The notes: generated by a model from the letters alone, not told the origin. A stretch of 64,000 nucleotides of DNA from an uncultured delta proteobacterium (GCA_963706575.1 CAVPNL010000015.1:288001-352000), one strand, 5' to 3'. Shown: positions 1-11,037, counted from the stretch's first letter. Made by a program: numbers and translations.

Positions 1-646
1 TATTTTTATCCGGCCTTTCGGCTCGGACCGTAAATTAAAAGGCTATGATGAAATGTTCAATGTGATCATCATGCTGGTGGTGGCCATCGTCTTTAGTGTG
101 ACCATGTCGGGTCCCTGGAGCGTTATTAAAGATGCCGCCAACGTGACCGAAAGCAGACAAATTGTTCCCTTTCTAATTTATATTGCTTTAATCTGGATTT
201 TAGCTCTTGGCGTGTTTCCTGGAATTTTTGCGCTTGTCGCCCGAGCAGCCAGGCGCGTTGCAGGGAGTCCGGCAAGCAACCGGACCGTTATTTTGCGGCT
301 GGCGTACATGCTGATTCCCATCGGTATATTTGCCTGGATTGCATTCAGTTTGCCGATGCTGATGGTGAACTATGGTTATATCCTGAATGTACTGTCTGAT
401 CCGCTGGGGTTGGGGTGGGATATTCTGGGGACTGCTGCTTTTCCTTTTCAACCTTTTTATCCCGAATCCATACCCGTCATCCAGGGGATCATACTGCTGT
501 TCGGCCTATATTTCGGATTGAGCAGAGGATATTTAGGTTTAAAGGAGATTATAGCGGTTCCTGATGCAAGCGCCAAAGCGATGATTATTCCATCCATATT
601 TGCGCTTTTAGTGATAAATATATTTTTAAAGCTTTATATGGGATAA
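1..646 (+). CDS. C-terminal part of a polytopic membrane protein (possibly a 4Fe-4S/NapH-like membrane protein); 5' end outside window
   Basis: Frame is open from position 2 through the ORF-track ATG at 53; multiple hydrophobic TM segments; family assignment is tentative. Confidence 0.6.
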   Translation, partial: IFIRPFGSDRKLKGYDEMFNVIIMLVVAIVFSVTMSGPWSVIKDAANVTESRQIVPFLIYIALIWILALGVFPGIFALVARAARRVAGSPASNRTVILRLAYMLIPIGIFAWIAFSLPMLMVNYGYILNVLSDPLGLGWDILGTAAFPFQPFYPESIPVIQGIILLFGLYFGLSRGYLGLKEIIAVPDASAKAMIIPSIFALLVINIFLKLYMG

Positions 647-681
647 AATCATCAGATCATAGCCGTTTATGAAAAGCAGCT

Positions 682-1299
682 TCAGGTTTTAGACTGAACC
701 CGGCCACACACCATATTTTTGGCTTCCTCCAGGCTGATTTTGCTCATGTTCAGCACCAGATGATAAAGGAAGGGATCATCATAGTCCGTTTTACCGAGTT
801 TTTGATAAAGCGCTTTGCGTCGTTTGTCCTCACCTCTGACAACTTTGGCTGCGCGGCTCTCAGAAAGCTCATAATGTTGCTTCATGAAACGCACCCGGTT
901 TTCGAACTCATCGATCATCAGGATGTGAAACGCATCGGGATGGTCATTTAAGATATACTGGCTGCCGCGGCCCAAAATGACCGCATTGCCTTCATCGGCG
1001 ACCTGGGCAATAATCAAGACCAGATAATCGAGATATATTTCTTCGTCAATATAACCGCGCTCATCCTTTAAAATACGGTCGACCAGCGGTTTGGAAACCA
1101 TTCGGGTAATAAATCTGGAGAGCTTGCCGCCGGCTTCATTCTCCACGGTTTCAACCCAGTGGGTGGAGACATTGGCCATTTCCGCAACCTTTGCAATAAT
1201 TTCGCTGTCGCCAAATTCATAACCCAGTTCATCCGCGATCATTTTCCCCAGCGTTTTGCCACCGGCGCCGTATTGTCTGGAAATGGTGATGACGGCCAT
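682..1299 (-). CDS. Cytidylate kinase-like family protein
   Basis: N-terminal VITISRQYGAGG, VILGRGSQ and YHLVLN motifs. Confidence 0.9.
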   Translation of the reverse strand: MAVITISRQYGAGGKTLGKMIADELGYEFGDSEIIAKVAEMANVSTHWVETVENEAGGKLSRFITRMVSKPLVDRILKDERGYIDEEIYLDYLVLIIAQVADEGNAVILGRGSQYILNDHPDAFHILMIDEFENRVRFMKQHYELSESRAAKVVRGEDKRRKALYQKLGKTDYDDPFLYHLVLNMSKISLEEAKNMVCGRVQSKT

Positions 1300-1338
1300 A
1301 AAATCCTCCTATTCGTAACTTTGGGCCTTCGTTCCAAT

Positions 1339-1465
1339 TGGAATGTTGGAAGAATGGAATACTGGAAGAATGGGTTTGGAATTGTGTGGTGATGGTTTTA
1401 TGGTAAAAATAGATAATATCCTTCATTAAACCAATATTCCATCATTCCACTATTCCATTATTCCA
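1339..1465. repeat. Mirrored 8-nt microrepeat element (TGGAAnnn arms)
   Basis: Left arm tggaatgttggaagaatggaatactggaagaatggg; right arm ccaatattccatcattccactattccattattcca is its inverted counterpart. Confidence 0.85.
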
Positions 1466-1538
1466 GCTATAGGTCATATTTTTAGTACGTAAAATTTTTA
1501 CTTGTTGCCGCTTACATTATTAGCTTTCACTTACCGCT

Positions 1539-2423
1539 CTATTCCCCCCCTTTTTCAGGGGGAATCAGCAATGTTGGATAAATGGATTCTTCGGCAATTT
1601 TGCGGGGCGTGCTGCCGATAAATTTTTCAACCCAGGCTGCCTTGGCGGAAGAGCCTAAAACAATCATGCTTGCCTGACAGTCTTTAGCCGCCTTTTCAAT
1701 TTCTTCGTCCGGATCGCCGATGTAAACATGCTCTCTGGCTTTGATCCCGGATGCCTCAAAGCTTTCACAGATTTCTTCCAGTTTATCGCGGGCTTCTTTG
1801 CGTGTTTTTTGAATCGCCATTGCCGACGGGCCTTTTAACTCTTTCTCATCGGCGACATGCACCAGATGGACTTCCTGCACCGTGTCTTTTAAGATTTTTA
1901 AATATTCAACGGCCCGCAGGCTGCCGGGTGACCAGTCGATTGCCAGAAGGGGTCTTTCAAACGGCTCTTCAACTGAAATGGTTGTTTCCGAAAGTTGTTT
2001 GTATACCAGCACCGGGGTCCAGGCCCGGCGCAGCAGTTCGGTCACATCTGAGCCCGAATAGAGGTGTTCGAGCACTCCCTTGTGCGAGCGTCCGATGACA
2101 ATCAGATCAGCATCCTCTTTTTGGGTGGCTTTGATGACCTCCGGCACCAGGCTGCCGACCACGATATACACACCGACTTCCATCCCCTGCTCAAAAAGCG
2201 TTTCGGACCAATCAATAAAGCGAATATTGGCCGCCTCCCGCAGCCGAATCTCCTCATCTTTCTGGTAGCCCTTGCCTCTGCGCATGGCCACCCGATCCCT
2301 TTCGATAACGTTCACAAACACCACATGCTCCAAAGCGCTGTTTCTCAAAGTTAGCAGCGATCGTAAGGCATCGAAGCCCAGTTCCTCAAATTTGGTCACA
2401 AAAAGCAGTTTTTTAATTTCCAT
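1539..2423 (-). CDS. Universal stress protein (tandem USP domains)
   Basis: Two USP domains (ADLIVIGRSHKG...GS; ASMIVLGSS...GSTPRKI...PTLLI). Confidence 0.92.
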   Translation of the reverse strand: MEIKKLLFVTKFEELGFDALRSLLTLRNSALEHVVFVNVIERDRVAMRRGKGYQKDEEIRLREAANIRFIDWSETLFEQGMEVGVYIVVGSLVPEVIKATQKEDADLIVIGRSHKGVLEHLYSGSDVTELLRRAWTPVLVYKQLSETTISVEEPFERPLLAIDWSPGSLRAVEYLKILKDTVQEVHLVHVADEKELKGPSAMAIQKTRKEARDKLEEICESFEASGIKAREHVYIGDPDEEIEKAAKDCQASMIVLGSSAKAAWVEKFIGSTPRKIAEESIYPTLLIPPEKGGE

Positions 2424-2466
2424 GCGATTGACACCCCTTGCTCGATTATCAAAACATAACAGGAAT

Positions 2467-2859
2467 TCAGCCCAGCACTTTTTTGATCACATCCGCCAGC
2501 TCATCGGGTTCGACCGGCTTCTCCAGATAAATTTCCGGCTCCGGAATTTCCTCACCGCCAAATTCCGTTAAGGCCTTCTGGGATCTTAAAAATGTCTTTT
2601 TGGCAATCCCCGACAGGATGATGACTTTAAGGTCTTTTAAAGCCTTGGCGGTTTTCAGCTCCCGATATAAGCGCACCCCGCTCTGGCGCGGCATTAAGAC
2701 ATCAAGGATAATCAGATCCGGCTTTTCGGCTTTGATCATCTTCAGGCCGCTTTCACCATCCTCTGCCTCCAACGGCGTATAACCGTGTTCTTCCAAAACT
2801 GTCACACTAAACAGCCGCACATCCGGATCATCATCAACGACCAGAACTTTTTTACTCAT
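2467..2859 (-). CDS. Single-domain response regulator
   Basis: VLVVDDD, LIILDVLMP and EKP receiver motifs. Confidence 0.95.
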   Translation of the reverse strand: MSKKVLVVDDDPDVRLFSVTVLEEHGYTPLEAEDGESGLKMIKAEKPDLIILDVLMPRQSGVRLYRELKTAKALKDLKVIILSGIAKKTFLRSQKALTEFGGEEIPEPEIYLEKPVEPDELADVIKKVLG

Positions 2860-2892
2860 AATATGGATCCTCCTTGAGAAACTGGTTAAAAC

Positions 2893-3092
2893 CAGGTTTC
2901 AGGTTTCAGCGTTCAGGGTTCAGGGTTCAGCGTTTTTGGCCGCTGGTCCTTGGGTTTAGTCGATTCGTTAATTCGTCGATTGGTCAAATAGTTTAAAATG
3001 ATTGAATCCACTGACCAATTGACTATTCAACCAATCAACTTTTTAACTATCCCTTTTAACCCCTGAACCTTTGAACGTTGAACCATTCAACC
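2893..3092. repeat. Nested mirrored microrepeat element: 7-nt (GGTTCAG...CTGAACC) outer arms around 8-nt (ATTGGTCA...TGACCAAT) inner arms
   Basis: caggtttcaggtttcagcgttcagggttcagggttcag ... ccctgaacctttgaacgttgaacc enclosing tcgattggtcaaatagt ... tgaccaattgactattcaaccaatcaact. Confidence 0.8.
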
Positions 3093-3109
3093 CGGCGGCT
3101 TATACCTAA

Positions 3110-4633
3110 TCAGTCGCCTGTTTTCGTTAGCTTATACGGCAGCCGAACGGTAACCGTCGTGCCTTTGCCGGGTTTGGATTTGACATCTATGGTTCCGCTG
3201 TGCTCTTCAATCAGCTTGCGAGTGACCATCAAACCCAGACCGGTGCCGCGGTGCCCCTTGGTGCTGAAAAAAGAAGTAAAAAGCTTCTTGATAACCTCTT
3301 CGTCCATGCCGACGCCGTTGTCGCTGATCTCGAATCTGATAACGTTATCCTTTTCAATAACGGTTTTCAAGTCAACCTGGAAATTTTTGCTGGTGTCTTC
3401 ATCAAACAGGCAGCCGTCGACGGCATTGGACATCAGATTCAAAAGGACTTCATGCACGCTGTTGGGGTCCATTGAGACTTCACCGATCGCGTCGTCAAAA
3501 TGTTTGACCAGTTTAACATTGTTTTCCCGGGCCTTATCCTGCAGCAGCGTGCAAACATCATCGGCGATTTGATTGGGCAAACAGGCTTCGAATTCCGGCT
3601 GGCGTTCTTTGGAGTAGGACAGCAGATCCATCACCAGATTCGAGGTGCGGCTGATGTTGCGCTTGATCATATCCCAGCCCTTTTTAAGCTTTTCGGATTC
3701 GTCTCTTTTTATTCCAATATCCACCAGATAGCTGCCGCCCTTGAGTCCGTGCAAAATATTTTTAATCCCGTGCGCCAGCCCCGCGACCGTTTGGCCGATG
3801 GCGGCCAGGCGCTCGGATTTGAGCAATTCTTTTTCCAGACGTTTGATTTCCCTTAAATCCTGAAAAAAAGTCACCGTGCCCACCGGTTGGTTTTTTTCCT
3901 GCAAAATGGTGCTTGAACACCGAACCGGAATCGCTTCTCCATTTTTAGACTCGATGGCCGTCTCTCTCCAGGCCAGGTTTTTGACATTATTTTTCCCGTT
4001 TAGCGCGGCCTGCAGGTCAGCTGCCAGCTCGGCCGGAAATAAATCAGCGGCCTGCATTTTGTTGATCGTTTCAGCGGGGGTGTATCCGAAGATCTCTCTG
4101 GCGATGGGATTATAAATAACGATTTTTAGATCTTCGCCGGTAGCAATGATGCCATCATTGGAGCTGCGAATGAGTTTAATTTGAAAATTGGATCGTCTTC
4201 GCAGTTCCCGCGTGGCGTCGTTAACCTTTTTTTCAAGGTCGATCGTGTATTCTTTGAGTTGCTGCCGGATATCAAATTTTTCTCTGGCACGGCCCAGCGC
4301 AATCGCAAGGGCCTCATCTCGCACCGGCTTGTTAATAAAATCTGAAGCACCGTGCTTTAAGGCCTCTATGGCATTTTCAATGTCACCGTGACCGGTAATG
4401 ATGATTACCTCGGTGTCGGCGTTGAGCACCTTAATTTTTTTTAGAACTTCAATGCCGTCCATACCGGGCATTTTAATATCGGTGAGGACGATATCCGGTT
4501 TTTCTTTTTCAAAGGCTGCAATACCCTCGGGGCCGTTTTGCGCAGTGACCACGTGATAGCCGTCCGCTTTTAAGGACATTGACAGAACCCTCAGGATATC
4601 AGGCTCATCGTCGATCAGTAATAATTTATCCAT
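3110..4633 (-). CDS. Hybrid receiver-PAS-histidine kinase
   Basis: N-terminal receiver, PAS, H-box AHGIKN, NLMSNA, DNGVGM, GTGLGL. Confidence 0.93.
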   Translation of the reverse strand: MDKLLLIDDEPDILRVLSMSLKADGYHVVTAQNGPEGIAAFEKEKPDIVLTDIKMPGMDGIEVLKKIKVLNADTEVIIITGHGDIENAIEALKHGASDFINKPVRDEALAIALGRAREKFDIRQQLKEYTIDLEKKVNDATRELRRRSNFQIKLIRSSNDGIIATGEDLKIVIYNPIAREIFGYTPAETINKMQAADLFPAELAADLQAALNGKNNVKNLAWRETAIESKNGEAIPVRCSSTILQEKNQPVGTVTFFQDLREIKRLEKELLKSERLAAIGQTVAGLAHGIKNILHGLKGGSYLVDIGIKRDESEKLKKGWDMIKRNISRTSNLVMDLLSYSKERQPEFEACLPNQIADDVCTLLQDKARENNVKLVKHFDDAIGEVSMDPNSVHEVLLNLMSNAVDGCLFDEDTSKNFQVDLKTVIEKDNVIRFEISDNGVGMDEEVIKKLFTSFFSTKGHRGTGLGLMVTRKLIEEHSGTIDVKSKPGKGTTVTVRLPYKLTKTGD

Positions 4634-7168
4634 CGCTTTTATTGACTTCAGGCGCTTTCGGAAATGTTAAGGTAAAGGTGGTGCCTTTGCCAACCTCACT
4701 TTCAATCTCGATCGAGCCCTTGTAATCTTTGATAATCCCATAGCTGATACTAACACCCAGACCCGTACCTTTGCCGACTTTTTTGGTGGTATAGAAGGGC
4801 TCAAAAATTTTATTTTTAACTTCTTCGCTCATCCCAATCCCGGTATCGGTTACTTTAATGCAGGCATGGTTATTTTCAGCAAAAGATTTGATCGTCAAAC
4901 GCTTTTCTTTGTCGCTGATTTCCGGCCGATTGTCTTTTTCGTCCATGGCATCAATGGCATTGGATACCAGGTTGATAAACACCTGTTCCAGGCGGTTGTG
5001 CTCGGCCAGAATATCCGGAACCTCGGGATCCAGATCCAGCTCGACTTCTACATCGTGAACTTTTAACTGGTGTCCCAGGACTTTAAAGACATCATTGATG
5101 GGATCATTGATATTCACCCGGCTGCGGACCGGCTCGGATTGCCGGGCGAAATCCCGCACGTGCTTGATGACGCCGCTGGCGCGTTCGACACTGGTAACAA
5201 TATCATTGGCCATGGTCCTTAAGTCTTCATCTTCAATTTTTTGACCCCGGTTGAGCATCTTGAGAAAAAAATCGGCACAGACCTGGATCACATTCAACGG
5301 TTGATTGATTTCATGGGCCATCCCGGCGGCCATCACGCCTAAGCGTGGTCATTTTACCAGCCTGAATCAACTGGGTTTCTTTTTCGACCACTTCAGTAAT
5401 GTCGGTCGTCGCAGCAATAATTGCATCCGTTTCACCGTATTTTGCATAGCTCATATTGATGTTGACGTAAAACGGTTTGCCGCCTTTGCGGTAATGCTGT
5501 TTTTTGGTTAAAAGATGCGACTTGTCTTCGGAAAGGCTTTTTAAACTTTCAGCCAGCTCTGAATCGCTCTCAGCCCCCAGCTGCAGAAATGGGGTTCCTA
5601 ATAAATCTTCTCGTAAATAGCCATAGCTGTCCTGGGCCCGCTGGTTCATATCCAGAATGTTAAACGTTTGGGGATCGAGAATAAAAATCGGATGGGGGTC
5701 ACTGTTAAAAAGGGTGCGATATTTTTCTTCGGACTTGATATACTGGTCCTGTAAGACCGCATTTTCAATGGCAACACCGATGCGATTGCCAATCAGTTCA
5801 AGAACATCTTTATCTTTTAGCGAGAAGTGCCCCGGTTCTCTGCTGCCCACCTGAATAACACCCAGCACTTTGCCTTCCTTGCCGCTGATGGGGATATAGG
5901 CCAGAGAGAATAGCTTTTCCTGGGTTAAATGACAAAGCTCATCGATATAACCCTCCGATAGGTCATCGATAATTTTATATTCCTTTGCTTGAGCGGCCAT
6001 ATAGATGAAACTCGTATCATCGGCGACGATTAATTTTTTGGCAGCTTCCCAGGAAAGGCCGTAATTGTATCGCAGATGAAAATTTCCATCATCCTCCTTT
6101 AAATAGATGCAGAGGCCGTCAGCGGACAAGAAATGTTTAATTTCCTGGGCAGTTTGATGGATCCTGGCCTCGAGCGCATAAGAAGCATTCAAGGCGCTGT
6201 AAATGGAACAAAGCGTGCTCAGTTCCTGGGTGCGTTTTTCGCGTTCTTCCTCGGCCTTCTTATCTTCGGTCTTATCCCAGAGGGTTTCGATCGAACCGAC
6301 GATAGTGCCGTCCGGAGCCTTTATGGGAGCGGCCGTAAACAAGCACCATTTGCCGCTTTTCCCCAGACGCGGAAAAAACACTTCGGCCTCATAGGCTTCT
6401 TCAATCAACGTGGATTTGCGCCAGGTTTCGCCATAAAGCTTCTTTATTTCATCTTCGCCGATTTGATCCAGGATGACATCGGCCATGGTGGGACGTTCTT
6501 CACCCCAGAACGGTGTGGAGGATCTTGTGGTTCCCACCATTGTGTCGGCCCGAACACCGGTAAGTTTTTCCAGGGCTTTGTTCCAATGAGTGATGACGTG
6601 GTCTTTGTTGAGCACAAAGGTGGGGATGGTGCTGCCCCCGATGATTTGAGACAGGGCTTTTTCGCTTTCGATCAGCCCTTTTTCGATTTCGACGTAGCGC
6701 TCACTTCTTTCTTTGATCACACCTGCCAGGCGGTTGGCAAAACTTTCAAACAATTGATCAACTTTCGTTTCCTTGAGACTATTTATGCGCAACTCCTTTA
6801 GCGCAATCTTCTTTTCCGCTTCCACCTGCAATGAACTCCAAACGGTCCGGGCCATTACATGGTCAATCAGCTCAACACCGGCTGGTTTTTCTTTGTTGAT
6901 TATATTTCCAAACTCCACATCAGCGGTTAGCTCCATCAAAATCTGCAGGTCTTTTAAGTCATAAAGCTCATGATAATCAGCGGTGGTAAATATCCCCATC
7001 TGTTTTGCCAATACCCGCCCTTCAGCCTGGTCATTGACATCGGCAACGCCCAAAATCGTCGGATGGCAATCTTCAAAAGGCTCGCTGAACAGCAATTGCA
7101 GCAGATTTTTTGCAAAAGTTACCGCCGCCAACAATGGCGATATTGGATTTGAGCAGTTTGTCTAACAC
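4626..7168 (-). CDS. Sensor histidine kinase (N-terminal Rossmann-like domain, PAS, GAF, PAS, HisKA/HATPase) interrupted by two +1 frameshifts (about 7106-7111 and about 5340)
   Basis: GTG at 7168 after a GGGGG RBS gives NIAIVGGGNFCK in a different frame from ORF 5311..7134; KMTTL joins GVMAAGMAHEINQP of ORF 4626..5336 if one base is removed. Confidence 0.85.
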
Positions 7169-7201
7169 GTTCCCCCGCTAATTTTTTTTAGCTCCCTTTT
7201 T

Positions 7202-7286
7202 CACCACAAAGAGCACGAAGAAACACGAAGGTTTTTGTAAAATTTTTTAATCTTTTCACTTCGTGCCCTTCGTGAGATTCGTGGTA
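7202..7286. repeat. Mirrored CACGAAG-type microrepeat hairpin
   Basis: accacaaagagcacgaagaaacacgaag ... cttcgtgcccttcgtgagattcgtggt around an AT-rich loop. Confidence 0.85.
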
Positions 7287-7353
7287 AAATTTAAATATTG
7301 TGAAATTAATTCCCTTCAATATCCTTTATGCCTTAAATAGATATCGAATCATT

Positions 7354-8889
7354 TTAAAAAAACACAAACGTTACGATCACAAAGGTTGGAATCAGAAATA
7401 TCAGGGCGTATTTTAATATATAGCCGAAAAAACTCGGCATCGGTGTTCCGGCTTCCTCTGAAATAGAGCGCACCATAAAGTTGGGCGCATTACCGATGTA
7501 ACTGCAGGCGCCGAAAAATACCGCGCCGGCGGAAATGGCTTTCAAATAAATTGCATTTTCGGTCATCAGCAGCGGAACCGCCTGGCCCTCCGTCATCCCG
7601 GAATAAAAGGCGCCGAGGGCGCTGTTAAAAAAAGTAAGATAGGTCGGCGCGTTGTCGAGAAAACTCGACAGCGCCCCGGTGACCCAAAAATAATGTATGG
7701 GCTGAGTGACACCGTTTGTTAAAAATGCCAGGGCACCCTGGGATCCGGCTTTTAAAATCAGCAAACAGGGAATCATGGTGATAAATATGCCGATGAATAA
7801 ATAGGCCACTTCGATAATGGGAAACCAGGTAAAGTCATTGTCATCCCGGATCTTAATGGGCGTTGTGACCAGCGACAGGATGCCCATTAGAATCAGCAGG
7901 CCGTCCCGCACCCAGTCCTGAATAGAGCGGTGAATTCCCAGTGTGTTGATTTCGCCCCAGTCCACTATGCCGCTCATCAAAACGGCGCCCACAATGCCGC
8001 CTAAAAACAAAAAATTGTGGATGCCTTCAAGTTTTAAGGGCTCTTTGACACCTTCTTCTTCAGGCGCGGAAACACCCTCTTTGCGATAGTGGTAGGTGTC
8101 GAGTATAAAATAGATCACCAGCAGAATGCATACAACCGTCAGCATGTGGGGCAGGATCTTGAAAGTCCAGAAAAAGGATACGCCGTGCAAAAAACCCAAA
8201 AACAGCGGGGGATCGCCGAGCGGCGTCAGGGAACCCCCGACATTGGCAACCAGAAATATGAAAAATACCACCATAAAGGTGCGGTTTTTACGATAATTAT
8301 TGGCCCGCAGAAATGGACGGATCAGCAGCATGGCTGCGCCGGTGGTGCCCATCCAGGAAGCCAGCAGGGTTCCGATAATCAGTATGGTCACATTGACGAT
8401 CGGGGTGCCGCGCAGGGTGCCGCGCAATAAAATACCGCCGGAAACCGTGTATAACGACCACAGCAGGATAATAAACGGAACATAATCCGCGAGAATAATG
8501 TGCAGAATTTCATATAGCGCCGCGCCTTTAAATGCGATCAGAAAGGGTATTGCCAGGGATGCAGCCCAGAAGGCGGATATTTTTCCAAAATGATGATGCC
8601 AGAAATCCGGCAAAATAAGTGGAAAAAGGGCTATCGAAAGTAAAATGCATGCAAAAGGGATACAGCTCCACAGGGGAAGGAATTCACCGATACTTGCATG
8701 ACCGGACCCCTGATGGGAATCGCCGCTTTGATGGGAAGTTGAATTGTCATGGGAGGATTGATCGGCTGCCGGGCCGGCGGCCTGTGCAGAAGGTTGAGCC
8801 GCTGCCGCCATATGAACACTAAACAATGAAAGCAATACGATTAAAAACAGGAATTGGAAAACAGCCGTCTTATTTCTCAGGGTTTTCAT
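7354..8889 (-). CDS. Putative Na+/H+ antiporter / citrate-transporter-like IT-superfamily membrane protein
   Basis: NVGGSLTPLGDPPLFLGF, LDNAPTY and YIGNAPNFMV motifs; many TM helices; His/Ser-rich N-terminal extension. Confidence 0.85.
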   Translation of the reverse strand: MKTLRNKTAVFQFLFLIVLLSLFSVHMAAAAQPSAQAAGPAADQSSHDNSTSHQSGDSHQGSGHASIGEFLPLWSCIPFACILLSIALFPLILPDFWHHHFGKISAFWAASLAIPFLIAFKGAALYEILHIILADYVPFIILLWSLYTVSGGILLRGTLRGTPIVNVTILIIGTLLASWMGTTGAAMLLIRPFLRANNYRKNRTFMVVFFIFLVANVGGSLTPLGDPPLFLGFLHGVSFFWTFKILPHMLTVVCILLVIYFILDTYHYRKEGVSAPEEEGVKEPLKLEGIHNFLFLGGIVGAVLMSGIVDWGEINTLGIHRSIQDWVRDGLLILMGILSLVTTPIKIRDDNDFTWFPIIEVAYLFIGIFITMIPCLLILKAGSQGALAFLTNGVTQPIHYFWVTGALSSFLDNAPTYLTFFNSALGAFYSGMTEGQAVPLLMTENAIYLKAISAGAVFFGACSYIGNAPNFMVRSISEEAGTPMPSFFGYILKYALIFLIPTFVIVTFVFF

Positions 8890-9160
8890 TTAGCCCTTCC
8901 CTCGCGTTAGAAGTCGAAATCGTTAAGTCATATCAACTGGAATTCTCAAAGCCACGTCGAAATTAGATTCATCGTCGACCGGATTCCTTTAAATCAAAGC
9001 CATCGCTTTGGGGTCATACCTGAATTTATATAGCAAGATTCAGGCAATAAAACCTGTAATGCAGACCATCTTCGGCCGGTTAATTATCACTCTCTTTAGC
9101 GAAAATCTTTGGAAGTTTTGAAACTTTCACGTTAGCAAAATCTGTCATTTTTTAAAACTA

Positions 9161-10054
9161 TTAATTAATTGTAGCGGCTAACGTAACGCGGAATTTTCGC
9201 AGAAAATCTTCCGGATGGTAGGACAATTTGGCTTTGCGGAGCCCTTCGTCATCTAAATCCTGTTCCCGATTGACAAAGGTGTAATCTGCGGCGGAATTCG
9301 CCAGAAATATCTGATTAATCGCCTGGTAAACACCTTTGTACTGGGTATCTCCTTTTTCAAAATGGATCAGCAGCATGTCACGGGTCAATGCTTCAGCAAC
9401 GGTATAGGCCACCATTGATCCGTCAACCATCAGGGCGCCGCCAAACAGACCTGCCAACTGCTGCCATTCTTTTAGAATTCGAAAAATAGCGCGATTTTCA
9501 GAAGAGAGGATATCGGACGATTCACAGTCGCGCCAGGTGCACCAGTCTGTCTGCATGTCCATGGCCTGTTCCACCATATCGGCCCCGAACGACTGGTAGC
9601 TGAAATCGTATCTGCGGTTAAATTGATTGAGCAGGTTCTTTTTTTTATGATAGCGATTACCCTTCAACTCAATCAGATCCGCGACCCGGTAGAAATAATC
9701 CCAGCTGCCCCTTTCTTCCTCAATTTGAATCTCCTGTGGTAATCTTTCACGCCATAGATTTGCCAGCATTTCCGGAACCCGGGAAAAAACAGACCGCGCG
9801 TTTGAGTTTAAACGCAGTCGGCTTTGCCAGTCGACCGCATCCCACAAACCGACGGGTGCCCACAGGAATTCTTCAGGCAGGTTTTGACGGATCCAGATCA
9901 AATCGCCATCCCAGGCCCAGCGAAGTTCGTATTCTTCGGCCCAGCCCCACAGGTTTAGAAAGCTGTAATCAGATGTAATCTGGGGACATCGGGAAAGAAT
10001 TTCCAGATAGTCTTCCTGTCTGTCTAGACGGATGGGTTCAAAGTTCAGGGTCAT
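9161..10054 (-). CDS. DUF2156 / phosphatidylglycerol lysyltransferase C-terminal-like protein
   Basis: IHFEKG, VNREQDL and GLRKAKLSYHP motifs. Confidence 0.88.
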   Translation of the reverse strand: MTLNFEPIRLDRQEDYLEILSRCPQITSDYSFLNLWGWAEEYELRWAWDGDLIWIRQNLPEEFLWAPVGLWDAVDWQSRLRLNSNARSVFSRVPEMLANLWRERLPQEIQIEEERGSWDYFYRVADLIELKGNRYHKKKNLLNQFNRRYDFSYQSFGADMVEQAMDMQTDWCTWRDCESSDILSSENRAIFRILKEWQQLAGLFGGALMVDGSMVAYTVAEALTRDMLLIHFEKGDTQYKGVYQAINQIFLANSAADYTFVNREQDLDDEGLRKAKLSYHPEDFLRKFRVTLAATIN

Positions 10055-10089
10055 AAAGTCGCTCTGTTGTTGCGGGTTTCAATAAAAAG

Positions 10090-10220
10090 GATTTCAGGTG
10101 TCATCCAGCTGGCAATCGCTATATTGGTTTGATTGGTTTAATTTGTTCAATTGGTTCGGTTTAAACCAACCAATTCAACCAATAAGACCAATTAAACAAA
10201 TCGAACCGTTTCTTGAATCC
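10090..10220. repeat. Mirrored 9-nt microrepeat element (ATTGGTTnA / TnAACCAAT), copy 1
   Basis: attggtttgattggtttaatttgttcaattggttcggtttaaaccaaccaattcaaccaataagaccaattaaacaaat; left flank ttcaggtgtcatccagctggcaa is shared with the 47260 copy. Confidence 0.9.
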
Positions 10221-10239
10221 TAATCTTTGAATTTTGCAC

Positions 10240-10833
10240 TTAGCCGGCAACAACGTGTGCGAACCGTTTTCCGGCGTCGTATGCTTCTTCGAGATATTCG
10301 GGATGTTTTAAAACATCATCCTGAAAATCGAGCTGGCGATATAACAGCGCTTTCCAGAGCTCCATGTCCAGAACATCGAAGAAATATTTTATACTCAAAA
10401 GCATACCATCAAAAAGCTTTTTGCCTTTGGTGGCGCCGACGGAGATAAACAGCCCTTTGCGATTGTTGGTCTGCTGCTCGGGGGGAGCTTTATCCACCCA
10501 ATATTTTTTGACCCACAGGGACTGGAACCGATCCATCAGCATTTTTGTGTGGGCGCTGACCGTATAGAAAAAGACCGGTGACGCCAGAATCAACCCCTGG
10601 GCGTGCAGAATTTTATCGCGAACCATCTGGAAATCATCTTTGATGGCACATTCCCCGGCCTTGAGGCACCCGTAAATTTCAAGGCAGGGCGATATTTTAA
10701 GATCGCGCAGAACGATTTCCTCAACATCGGCTCCGGAATCCCGCGCCCCTTCGATGGCTTTTTTTAACAGTGTGGCCGTATTGCCCTTGCGCCGGGGACT
10801 GCCGTAGATGGCGACTATTTTTAGCTGATTCAA
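10240..10833 (-). CDS. Iron-sulfur flavoprotein/flavodoxin family (NADPH-dependent FMN reductase-like)
   Basis: GSPRRKGNT, PCLEIYGC...C and ILASPVFF motifs. Confidence 0.88.
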   Translation of the reverse strand: MNQLKIVAIYGSPRRKGNTATLLKKAIEGARDSGADVEEIVLRDLKISPCLEIYGCLKAGECAIKDDFQMVRDKILHAQGLILASPVFFYTVSAHTKMLMDRFQSLWVKKYWVDKAPPEQQTNNRKGLFISVGATKGKKLFDGMLLSIKYFFDVLDMELWKALLYRQLDFQDDVLKHPEYLEEAYDAGKRFAHVVAG

Positions 10834-10860
10834 TCCCTAACCTCGCTTTAACGTTTAAAT

Positions 10861-11037
10861 AAGTGCCTAAAGTGAACTAAAGTGAGCTAAAGTGCCTAAT
10901 TTTATATAAGTGAGAAGTGAACTAAAGTGACTATAGTGCCTAAAGTTAAGGAATTCTATCATTTATATATAAAAAGATGGAGCGTAGCGACACCAAAACT
11001 TTAGGCACTTTAGTCACTCCCAACTTTAGTCACTTCA
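10861..11037. repeat. Mirrored 9-10 nt AAGTGnCTAA element with conserved core, copy 1
   Basis: (aagtgnctaa)n - ggaattctatcatttatatataaaaagatggagcgtagcgacacc - (tttagncact)n. Confidence 0.92.

Noticed and set aside
4626..7168. Programmed frameshifting, selenocysteine recoding or pseudogene call for the split genes
   Set aside because: The breaks are frame changes rather than in-frame TGA, with no consistent slippery signal and no further decay; sequencing error is simpler.
9030..9048. Sigma-54-like site upstream of the antiporter gene
   Set aside because: The minus strand reads TTGCCT-N5-TTGC and lacks the invariant -24 GG.
10861..11037. Repeat arrays as CRISPR
   Set aside because: Units are 7-10 nt and degenerate, with no unique spacers and no cas genes.
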